Of a stretch of DNA of 64,000 bases, positions 35,601-42,935 are shown piece after piece (positions within the stretch are counted from its first letter, which is position 1; each line of letters opens with the position of its first letter). The notes beneath the pieces are model-generated. The model did no database searches. It worked only from the letters and a program-made list of their open reading frames with translations, and was not told the DNA's origin. The position numbers and the translations under genes are program-made. The DNA is from Dehalococcoidia bacterium (GTDB taxonomy: Bacteria > Chloroflexota > Dehalococcoidia > Bin125), in contig OZ244584.1 in the NCBI GenBank assembly GCA_965218115.1, positions 2,183,547 through 2,247,546 of the forward strand. Reading direction: 5' to 3'.

Positions 35601-38600
35601 TCGCGACGTTCTGGTTGTAGCCGGGCACGGGGTCCCAGCCGTAGTTGCGCCCAGCCGCCAACAGGTTGATCTCGTCATCCTCCGTCGGGCCGTGCTCCAC
35701 CGACCACATCTGATTCGTCCCCGGACGCAGGGCGAGCCCCTGCACGTTCCTGTGGCCGTAGGTGTAGATGCGTGACGACGCGATCGGGTTGCCCCGCGCT
35801 GGCTCGCCCGTCGTCGCATCGACCCGGAGCACCTTTCCTCCGAGCGATGTCAGGTCCTGCGGGACCGTGCCGGTTCTCCCGTCGCCCGTCGCGATCCACA
35901 GGTAGCCCTGCGGCCCGAAGCGGAGCCGGCAGCCGCCGTGGGTGCTGGCGGTCGGAAGGCCTCCGACCAGCGGGTCAGCGACGCGCGTGGCCACCGTGTA
36001 CGACGCGTCGATCGTCCAGGCGATCACCTGCACTTCGGGACCAGTGTGCCCCTGGCAGGTGTAGAAGCGGCGGTTCGATCTGAAGTTGGGATCGACCACG
36101 ATCGCCATGAACCGGGTCTCGCTGGCGGTATACAGGTCGCTCAGGTCAGCTGTGACGGTCCGGACCGTGCCGTCGGCGAGGCGGCTGCTCAGGACGCCCG
36201 CCCGCTGCGTAAACAACATCGTTCCGTCGGGCGTGAAGGCGAGGCCCCAGGGGATCGACAGGCCGGAGACGAGCGGCGCCACGCGGATATCGGGCGCGGG
36301 AATCTCGTTGCTGCTGACTCCCTGCGCGCGCTTGCCGGAGCCATGCGCGTCCTCGTATGACACCCTCGCCTGCAGATACATCCCCGCGTCGGCGTTGGAC
36401 CGCGTGTAACGCGCCGAGCGCGCGCCGCTGATGTCCGCCCATCCGCCATGCCGGTTGGCAGACCTGGCCCATTGCCACGTCTCACCTGTCACACCCCCGT
36501 CCCGATCGTCCAGCGTGGCCTGGATGGCGTCCCCGTCTGCGGAGAAGCTCACCGATCCCGCTTCGTCCACGTTGATGATGTCGATGGTCACGTCGATCGT
36601 GTCGGTGAAGCCGGATGGCTCGGTGGCCCAAACGGTCACGTCGTATGCCGCCCTGGCCTCGTAGTTCAGCCAGTCCTTCGTCTGCAGCCGGGCGGATGAC
36701 TCGTCGATCTCGAAGAACGTTGCGTCCGCGCCGCGCAGCGTGTAGGTCAATCGGTCCCGTTCGGGATCGGTGGCTGCGACCGCCGCGCCGATCCTGGCGC
36801 CGGGCGCCGCGTCCTCTCGAATCTCGCGGGTAGTCGTTCCCGCCGGGAACTCCGGCGCTTCGTTCACGTTGGTGACGTTCACCGAAACTCTGAACCGGGC
36901 AGTGTGGGTCCCGTCGGAGACCTCCACGGTGACTGAATATCGGTTGTTATGGCCCGAATCCGTCGGCGCCTCGAAGTCCGGCGGCGTGACAAAGCTCAGC
37001 TTCCCGTCGTCGATCTCGAACGCGCCACCGTCAGCGCCCGCCGGCGTCCACTCGATCGCCTGGTTCTCAGGGTCCGCGACCCTGAACTCTTCAAGCACAC
37101 CCCCTCGGTTTTCCTCGTGGTCGACATCAGAGCGGCCCGACACCACCGGAGGCTCGTTGACGTCGGTCACCTCGACGGTCACCTCGAGCGTGCCAGTGTT
37201 GACGTCGTCCGAAGCCTCCACCGTGACGACGTAGACGCTGTCGCGGTCGGCATCGATCCCCGCCTCGAAGTCGGGTGGCGATCGGAAGCGCAAGACCCCG
37301 ACACTGTTGATCTCGAGGTCGGTGCGGTCGGGCCCACCCAGGGACCAGGAGACCGCCCGGCGCTCCGGATCGGTCGCGCGGTAGCGGGCCACGACACCGC
37401 TGGTGGTCTCCGCGAATTTCGGGGCAGTATCGCCCGTGACCACCGGCGTCTCGTTCAGGTCGATGACCAGAATCGTCACGCCGATGCTCTCACCGGCGCC
37501 CAACGGGTCGCTGACTGTCACCGTCACGCTGTAGCTGGTCTTCGTGTCGTAGTCGAGCGCGGCATCGGTCAACAGTTGGCCCGACGACTCGACGATCTCG
37601 AACGATCCGGAATCCGAGCCGCTGAGCGTGTACGTCAGCGGCTCGTTGTCCGCGTCGGTCGCAGCGACCGCTGCGCCGATCGGATCGCCCGCCGGCGTGT
37701 TCTCCACCACGCTTCGGCTGCGGGTCTCCGTCGCGGGGAAGGCGGGCGCATTGTTGCTGGTCGGTGCGGTCACGACCGCATTCAGCGAGACCGCCTCTGC
37801 ATTCTCGTCGACCAGATTGGGGCCGTGACCGTCGCTGTACGAGACGGTCGCACGGAGGACGTTCCCCAAGTCGCCGACGGCCGGTGTGTAGGACGCCGAT
37901 CTCGCGCCGCTGATCGTCGTCCAGGTCGACCGGTCGGTTGATCGCGCCCACACCCACGAGAGATCGCCCAGGCTGCCGTCCGGGTCCGTCAGCGTGGCGG
38001 TCAGCGCCACCCCGACCAGCGGCTGCGGAGACGACAGGCTGACGGTTCCCGCTTCAAGCTCATTCGTCAGCTCGATCGTCACCGCGATCGAATCGAAGTT
38101 GCCGGACGGATCCTTGGCCTCAACCACGAACTGGTAGCTGTCCTGCGTCTCATAGTCGAGCTCCGTCCCGACGGCGACACTGATCTGACCGCTGCCGCTG
38201 GCGAAGTCGAACAACGTCACGTGATCGCCGGAGATGTCGTAGAACAGCCGATCGCCATTCGGGTCGACCGCCGCCACCGGCGCACCGACGTGCGTGCCGC
38301 CGGGTGAGTTTTCGGCGACCGAGCGCACGGTGCTGTCACCGTCCGTGAACGACGGCGGGAGCGAGACTTCATTCACCGTCGTCGTCACCGTCGCGAGGAC
38401 GTAGTTCTGGCCCCCGATCGTCGCCCCGTGGCGGATCTGCACTTGCTCGGTCAGGGTGTCACTGTCCGCCACGCCGGTCACTGTCACGATCTGCGGATCG
38501 TCCCAGGTGTTGGTCGTGAACGAGAGCGTCGCCGGGTCGACCGTCGCCTCGTCCGTGTCGGTGCTCGTCACGGACACGCTCAGCCCCGACGACGGCTCTT

Positions 38601-41600
38601 CCTCGAGCTCCACCGTGTACGTGGCCGTGGCGCCCTCATCCACGTCCAGGCGTCTGCGCGACAGTTCCAGCGCCGGCAGATCCCGGTCGCTCACGGTGAC
38701 GCTGACATCACCGATTCGTGCAAGGCTCGAACCGAGCAGCGTGAGCGCCGCGAGCAGCACCGTTTCATCGCGGTCATCCGCGTCCACCGCGCCGATCAAC
38801 GTGAGGGTCTCGCCGGTGCTCCAGTTGTCGACGGTGAAGTCCAGCCGGGTCGGCCACACGATCAAGGCGCCGGAGTCGGTCAGCCCCAGCAACACTTGCA
38901 GCGACCCGCTCGGCTCCGCCTCGAGCCGGGCAGTCAGCGTCGCAGTCTGCCCCTCGTTCACGTTGCCGATCGTCGGCGCGAACGTCAGCTCCGGACGGTC
39001 GGGGTCGGCCACGTCAACAGCCAGGCGGGCCAGCACGTAGTCCCGGTCGCCGATGGTCGTTTCGTGCGTGATCACCGCTCGCGTGTGCGCGGCGGAGTCG
39101 TCCGACAGCGCCGTCAGCCTGACGGTCTGCGCCGACCGCCAGGTCGACGTGCTGAAGGTCAGGGAGCTCGGGGCGACGGTCAGATCGGTGTCGTCGCTGC
39201 TGGACAGTTCGACGGTCAGGTCAGCCGCCGGCTGCGTCGCCGGCGCGACGGTGTACGTCGCGGTCGCGCCTTCCGTCATCTCGGACAGGTAATCGAACGT
39301 CACGCCGGCTTCGAAATCGCTGTTCGTGAGGATCAGCGCGGGCGCGTCGTCGTCGCTCACCTCCACCAGCACCGATCGCCCGGAGAACGTGCTCGTGCCG
39401 ATCGCGACTGAGTGCCCGATGCTGCTCGCTTCGTCCCAGAGATCGTTGTCCGCGACGCCGGTTACGGTGACCGGCTGAGCGATGTTCCAGGTACCGGTCT
39501 CGAAGGTCAGCGCACTCGGAAGCACGGTCGCAACAGTTGCATCAGCAGTCACCGGCGAGACGGTCACGGTGTCCGCCGGTGCAGCTGTCAGCGCCACCAT
39601 GTAGGTCGCCGTGCTCCCCTCCGTGACCTCGACCGTGCGCTCGGACAGGTTGAGCAACGGCAACGCTGCCGCCTCGATACACGCCGAGAACTCGGAGCTA
39701 TTGGCGCTGAAGGCTTGAGTCGCCGTTGCGGTGATGAAGTTCCCCACCGGCGTCTGCGCCGAGTTGATGGTGCCGTCCAGCGTGCTCGCCTCGAAGGTGG
39801 TCGTGCCCCCGCTGCCAGTCACGATCACGCTGTAGCCAAGCCACGCCTGCCCTTCGCCGTAGCCGGAGGCGTCGCACGACGCATTGCTGTAGAAATCCAC
39901 GATGAATCTCGTGGAGGACGTGCTGTCTAGACGCCCCACGATTCCGATCTCGTCGCCACTCCGGCCCGCCGTCGTCAGGACCGGGAAGTTCTTCAGCCCG
40001 TTGGCGCCGGCATCGCCGTCCCCCACGTCGTTGGCGGTCACGCCGTCCGGGCCGAGGTCGATCCCGAGCCCGGCGTTCGAGTGAATCGCGTTCTCCCAGA
40101 CGGTGTTTCCGACAGCGGTCGATGAGTCGATTGTCACGCCATCCGCGCCGTTGAACGCGATCGTGTTCTCGTCGACGGTGTTGTCGGTCGCTCCACTGCC
40201 GATGTGCACGCCCGACCCCGTGTTGCCCAGGGCGGATACGCCGTCCCGAGCGGTACCGATCGAATTGGCGAGAATTACGGTGTCCGTCGCGGCCGAGAGG
40301 CTGACGCCGTGCGAGCCGTTGCCGGAGATGACGTTGCGCCTGACTTCGCTCACGACCGCGTTCGCGATGTACACGCCCGCGCCGTCGTTGCCCAGGTCGA
40401 CCGTCCCGCTGGCGTCGGTCCCGATCACGCTGTCGGTCACGAGCGTTCCCTGCGCGCCGCTTCCCGAGACGCTGACGCCGTGTGAGCCATTACCGGAGAT
40501 CACGTTGTTCCTGATCTGCACGCGCGCCACCCCAACGATCGAGACGCCAACTCCGCCGTTGCCCTGGTCCGTCGCGCCGCCGGGATTTGTACCGATCCGG
40601 TTGTGCTCGATCACCTGAGCGCCCGCGGTCTGGACCACGATCCCGGCCGCGCCGAACCGGTTGATCGCCAGCCCGCGGATCCAGCTATCCGACGCCGCGA
40701 CGGTCAGGCCGTTCGTCGTTGTCCCGGCATTGGTTCCGTCGAGCTCGATCAGGATCGAACTCACGCTCGCGCCCGGCTGGCTGAGCCCGTCGAGGAACAC
40801 CGGTTTGGAGATAGTCGGCAGCGCCGAGGCCGGCTGGATCGTGTGCGGTCCGGCGCCTCCGATCCCGAACTCGATGATGCCGCCCACGCCGGCGTTGGCC
40901 TGCTGGATCGCAGCGCGCAGCGTGCAGGCTCCGTTCCCGTCGTCGCAGTCTCCGTCGGTCGTGTCGCTGTCCGCCCCGTCGCCGGTTGAATCGACTGTGA
41001 ACGTTGTGGCCGAGAGCTGGCCGGTCGAAGCGACGGCCGCGAGTGCATCCGCCCTCCCGAAGCCAAACAAGTCATCGAATCCCTGTTCGCCGAGGTCGAC
41101 GGCGGTCGCCGTGAGCGTGTCGAATACCTGATCGGCGGCCGCCTTCTTCGAGAGCGTCGGCTCGGCGATACGCGTCGCTTCGAGCACGAGCGCCGCAACC
41201 CCCGCCACATGCGGCGCCGCTGCGGATGTCCCGTAGAAGGGGCTGGGGAAACCGCCGCCGCCGGTGATCGCCACGCCGTCGATACCGATCAGGTCAGGCT
41301 TCCGACGAGTCTCACGCGCAGGGAAGTAGATCTCCGACGCTCCGTAGTCACTGAACGCCTCCAGTTGATCGTGACCCAGGTCTCGGGCGCCGATCGCGCC
41401 GGTCGCGATCACACCTGCGACCGCGGGGTGACCGAAGATCCCGCCCGCCGGGACTCCGTGCTCCTTGATCGAGCCCGTGATCACAAACAGCTCGAGCCTG
41501 GTCGCGGTGCCCGCCGTGTATCGATGGATGTAGAGGTCAGCGGTCGATCCCGCTGGGAGGTTGACGACCGCGCGCTCGTAAGGACGATCGTCGCCGTCCT

Positions 41601-42825
41601 GGATTCGAGTGCTGCCCACGCACCGGCCGTTCTGAAGATTGAACTTCGTGGGCTTCCAGCCCCCCACGCAGACAAACAGGTCATAGTCGGTAGCTGCAGC
41701 GCCCCAGCGATCGCTCCACTGCAATATCGCGGTGACGCGACCCCGCACCGAGCCCGGTGACACCAACACGAAGCCCGTCGCAATCGCCATCGCTGTGTCG
41801 TTCGGGGCGAACGCGTGAAAGCCATCTCCGCCGTCCACGAACTCGGCCTCGTAGTGGCGCTGCGCGAGGTTTCCGCCCGCCGAGACGAACACCGCCCCGC
41901 CGGCGACCGCGTCCGCCGCCGCCAGCGCCACGGCGCCATCCTCGAAGTACGGCTCGCGGTGGAACCCGAGGTCGTCGACGATGATGTCGGCGCCCGCCCC
42001 ACCGAAGGCGTCGTTCGCCAACCAGTCGATCGCCTCGACCATTTCGAGGCTTCCGCTCGGCCCGGAAAAGGCCAGGCTGGCGCCGGGCGCGAGGTCGTGG
42101 ACGATCTCCAGCAGCGCTGTGCCTTCGTCACCGTCGCCTGGCAAGTTGGGATCGATCTCGACCATCGCGGGCAGGTCGCCGAGCAACTGTGAGTCCGACA
42201 TCGAGTCGACGCCGTCCGAGATCACGCCCACCTTGACGCCGGCGCCGTTGAGCTCGCTCCACGCGCGCACCAGACTGGCGCGGTGGATCGCGTCCCCTTC
42301 GCTGGTCGCCGAGCCCGCCCGCGTGACCGCGTAGTCGGGCAGCGTGACCTCATCGACGACATCGAGGGCAGCGAAGTCGTCCAGCGCCGTTGTGGGAATC
42401 CAGGCCTGGATCACTCCCCAACGGGCGTTGACGATCTCGATCCGCGCGTCGAGCTCACGCAGCTCCGCCAGCGCCTCCTCGGATGTCGAGTCCATGTAGA
42501 GGTAAACCTGAACGTTGCCGGCCGCGTCGACACGAATCAGCTCGTCCTGCGGCTCATCCGCTGGCGGCGCCGATTTCAATTCCGCGCGGTCAACCAACGC
42601 GTCACGCGTGACGGCGCCATCCACGTCTGCCGCCTGTGACTGCTGCGCAGCGGCGACCGATTCTTGCGCGGACGCCAGCAGCTCGCGCAGTAACGGGCTG
42701 ATCTTCGAGTCCTCCTTGTCCGGCGGGTCCTGCGCGAGCGCGCCAGCCACTGCCAGCCAGACAAGCACCACCGCCGCCACGGCGACGCCGGCACGCTTCA
42801 CCAACGGATGGATCGAGCTACACAT
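32698..42825 (-). CDS. giant secreted multidomain protein (S8 peptidase, CSLREA/beta-helix, tandem repeats, cadherin arrays, PQQ-sugar-dehydrogenase-like propeller, WSDG propeller, cadherin-like sandwich)
   Basis: Uninterrupted 3,375-codon ORF with signal peptide MCSS...LAVAGALA|QD. Domain motifs are listed in the findings. ATG at 42825, with GGAGGT 11 nt upstream. Confidence 0.9.
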   Translation of the reverse strand: MCSSIHPLVKRAGVAVAAVVLVWLAVAGALAQDPPDKEDSKISPLLRELLASAQESVAAAQQSQAADVDGAVTRDALVDRAELKSAPPADEPQDELIRVDAAGNVQVYLYMDSTSEEALAELRELDARIEIVNARWGVIQAWIPTTALDDFAALDVVDEVTLPDYAVTRAGSATSEGDAIHRASLVRAWSELNGAGVKVGVISDGVDSMSDSQLLGDLPAMVEIDPNLPGDGDEGTALLEIVHDLAPGASLAFSGPSGSLEMVEAIDWLANDAFGGAGADIIVDDLGFHREPYFEDGAVALAAADAVAGGAVFVSAGGNLAQRHYEAEFVDGGDGFHAFAPNDTAMAIATGFVLVSPGSVRGRVTAILQWSDRWGAAATDYDLFVCVGGWKPTKFNLQNGRCVGSTRIQDGDDRPYERAVVNLPAGSTADLYIHRYTAGTATRLELFVITGSIKEHGVPAGGIFGHPAVAGVIATGAIGARDLGHDQLEAFSDYGASEIYFPARETRRKPDLIGIDGVAITGGGGFPSPFYGTSAAAPHVAGVAALVLEATRIAEPTLSKKAAADQVFDTLTATAVDLGEQGFDDLFGFGRADALAAVASTGQLSATTFTVDSTGDGADSDTTDGDCDDGNGACTLRAAIQQANAGVGGIIEFGIGGAGPHTIQPASALPTISKPVFLDGLSQPGASVSSILIELDGTNAGTTTNGLTVAASDSWIRGLAINRFGAAGIVVQTAGAQVIEHNRIGTNPGGATDQGNGGVGVSIVGVARVQIRNNVISGNGSHGVSVSGSGAQGTLVTDSVIGTDASGTVDLGNDGAGVYIANAVVSEVRRNVISGNGSHGVSLSAATDTVILANSIGTARDGVSALGNTGSGVHIGSGATDNTVDENTIAFNGADGVTIDSSTAVGNTVWENAIHSNAGLGIDLGPDGVTANDVGDGDAGANGLKNFPVLTTAGRSGDEIGIVGRLDSTSSTRFIVDFYSNASCDASGYGEGQAWLGYSVIVTGSGGTTTFEASTLDGTINSAQTPVGNFITATATQAFSANSSEFSACIEAAALPLLNLSERTVEVTEGSTATYMVALTAAPADTVTVSPVTADATVATVLPSALTFETGTWNIAQPVTVTGVADNDLWDEASSIGHSVAIGTSTFSGRSVLVEVSDDDAPALILTNSDFEAGVTFDYLSEMTEGATATYTVAPATQPAADLTVELSSSDDTDLTVAPSSLTFSTSTWRSAQTVRLTALSDDSAAHTRAVITHETTIGDRDYVLARLAVDVADPDRPELTFAPTIGNVNEGQTATLTARLEAEPSGSLQVLLGLTDSGALIVWPTRLDFTVDNWSTGETLTLIGAVDADDRDETVLLAALTLLGSSLARIGDVSVTVSDRDLPALELSRRRLDVDEGATATYTVELEEEPSSGLSVSVTSTDTDEATVDPATLSFTTNTWDDPQIVTVTGVADSDTLTEQVQIRHGATIGGQNYVLATVTTTVNEVSLPPSFTDGDSTVRSVAENSPGGTHVGAPVAAVDPNGDRLFYDISGDHVTLFDFASGSGQISVAVGTELDYETQDSYQFVVEAKDPSGNFDSIAVTIELTNELEAGTVSLSSPQPLVGVALTATLTDPDGSLGDLSWVWARSTDRSTWTTISGARSASYTPAVGDLGNVLRATVSYSDGHGPNLVDENAEAVSLNAVVTAPTSNNAPAFPATETRSRSVVENTPAGDPIGAAVAATDADNEPLTYTLSGSDSGSFEIVESSGQLLTDAALDYDTKTSYSVTVTVSDPLGAGESIGVTILVIDLNETPVVTGDTAPKFAETTSGVVARYRATDPERRAVSWSLGGPDRTDLEINSVGVLRFRSPPDFEAGIDADRDSVYVVTVEASDDVNTGTLEVTVEVTDVNEPPVVSGRSDVDHEENRGGVLEEFRVADPENQAIEWTPAGADGGAFEIDDGKLSFVTPPDFEAPTDSGHNNRYSVTVEVSDGTHTARFRVSVNVTNVNEAPEFPAGTTTREIREDAAPGARIGAAVAATDPERDRLTYTLRGADATFFEIDESSARLQTKDWLNYEARAAYDVTVWATEPSGFTDTIDVTIDIINVDEAGSVSFSADGDAIQATLDDRDGGVTGETWQWARSANRHGGWADISGARSARYTRSNADAGMYLQARVSYEDAHGSGKRAQGVSSNEIPAPDIRVAPLVSGLSIPWGLAFTPDGTMLFTQRAGVLSSRLADGTVRTVTADLSDLYTASETRFMAIVVDPNFRSNRRFYTCQGHTGPEVQVIAWTIDASYTVATRVADPLVGGLPTASTHGGCRLRFGPQGYLWIATGDGRTGTVPQDLTSLGGKVLRVDATTGEPARGNPIASSRIYTYGHRNVQGLALRPGTNQMWSVEHGPTEDDEINLLAAGRNYGWDPVPGYNQNVAMTDLVKFPGAVEARWSSGSPTLAPSGAIFLEGAHWGVWEGWLAVATLKDSKLRLFEFDRDGALVSQVIVAELDGRYGRLRTPMMGPDGALYVTTSNGGGNDQILRIAENQAPAFPAGPRPERSVAENSGPGVNIGEPVEATDADGDELSYMLGGADAESFEIAADSGQLLTRGALDYERRSSYRVTVTAADTSGKSAVTDVTIRIINEDEDGALTFSSRQPQVGTPLTATLSDPDGSTRSIGWLWERRVSGGSIWSPIVGAVSGSYAPGDGDLGSDLRVTTSYTDGQGPGKSVQVLAPRSVHAAPLMNRAPAFPDTESGERSVDENTPAGRNIGAMVSALDPDNHPLTYRWSGGGAAIFELIESANGMQLRTKEPLDHEGRDAYTFSVTASDPSLETDTLTVIVTVNDVNEPPEFPPGSETREVLAGDASERPVGSPVAAADPDIDDVLSYLLGGPDAGSFTIDAASGQVLTNDPLALGETHEVTVTATDRSGRSASVDVMIRVVAQVVSRGGGGGGGGGGGPPPVPIPSEVDFEWNVTRDIESLDDDNDLPTGLWSNGETLWVIENSAGGADALFAYDLESGERRPGHEFALDSRNRFSHGVWSDRETLWVADSGQDRLFAYDLAGGERLVDRDLELDERNRDPRGIWSDRVIWYVLDSVKRSLFAYDVASGELLAEYALDRLNRSPRGIWSDGVTIWVSDDGAKRLFAYRVEGDALTRIEEEEFSFRPLLKAGNGAPRGIWSDGEVVFVVDEQDDHVYTYNLPDAIDPRLASLALSDVEIGEFDSYQTEYVGVAGAGVTETTIEARAAQPGATVVIEAGDATRETDNANQIDVTSGAEVTITVTSEDGSRRRVYRVEIGPPPSAVTHIELRPGDPTDPIPWPGLEGISIADALRGVGDPAANDIFDKVTHVFTWDWDAEAWRIYVTSPRAQAVPGLRTLATLRLGAEYWVNVTEPVTWIVATGGS
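33310..33950 (-). repeat. five ~45-aa WSDG-type blades (putative five-bladed propeller)
   Basis: GLWSNGETLWVIEN...LFAYDL; GVWSDRETLWVADSGQDRLFAYDL; GIWSDRVIWYVLDSVKRSLFAYDV; GIWSDGVTIWVSDDGAKRLFAYRV; GIWSDGEVVFVVDEQDDHVYTYNL. Confidence 0.7.
35285..36300 (-). other. PQQ-dependent sugar dehydrogenase (sGDH/YliI)-like beta-propeller domain
   Basis: GLSIPWGLAFTPDGTMLFTQRAG, ASTHGGCRLRFGPQGYLWIATGD, IYTYGHRNVQGLALRPGTNQMWSVEHGPTEDDEINLL, GRNYGWD. Confidence 0.75.
38360..39665 (-). repeat. four tandem ~110-aa protein repeats (unassigned Ig-like family)
   Basis: Each unit carries EG(S/A/Q)TATYxV...(L/V)TV...(V/L)xP(S/A/T)xL(T/S/D)F(E/S/T)(T/V)xxW...Q/E...(V/L)T...D(D/N/S)D. Examples: VTEGSTATYMVAL, MTEGATATYTVAP, VNEGQTATLTARL, VDEGATATYTVEL. 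Confidence 0.7.
39950..40930 (-). other. CSLREA-type motif plus right-handed parallel beta-helix repeats
   Basis: CTLRAAIQQAN at 40891-40929. Repeats NVISGNGSHGVSVSG, NVISGNGSHGVSLSA, NTIAFNGADGVTID, NAIHSNAGLGIDLG, then GANGLKNFPVL...FYSNASCDASGYGEG...SSEFSAC. Confidence 0.75.
41050..42260 (-). other. subtilase (S8)-like domain of the giant protein
   Basis: GVKVGVISDGVDS (Asp204 codon 42214-42216), SAGGN, and FYGTSAAAPHVAGVAALV (Ser534 codon 41224-41226). The expected HGT position reads EGT. Confidence 0.75.
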
Positions 42826-42935
42826 GCCCTGCGGGCACCTCCGCAGTTCACGTGTACCGCACGCCTACCCGTACCTCGCAACGATGTGGCGTCGCAACCG
42901 CGCCAGTGCGCGCGACCGCGGCTGCCCAGTCCCGC

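Noticed and set aside
41050-42260. Reassigning the protease domain to the sedolisin (S53, Ser/Glu/Asp) family because Glu replaces the expected His.
   Set aside because: The S53 companion Asp, four residues after the Glu (E-x-x-x-D), is Leu here. The DxG Asp motif and SAGGN are S8-like. The question is left open rather than called.
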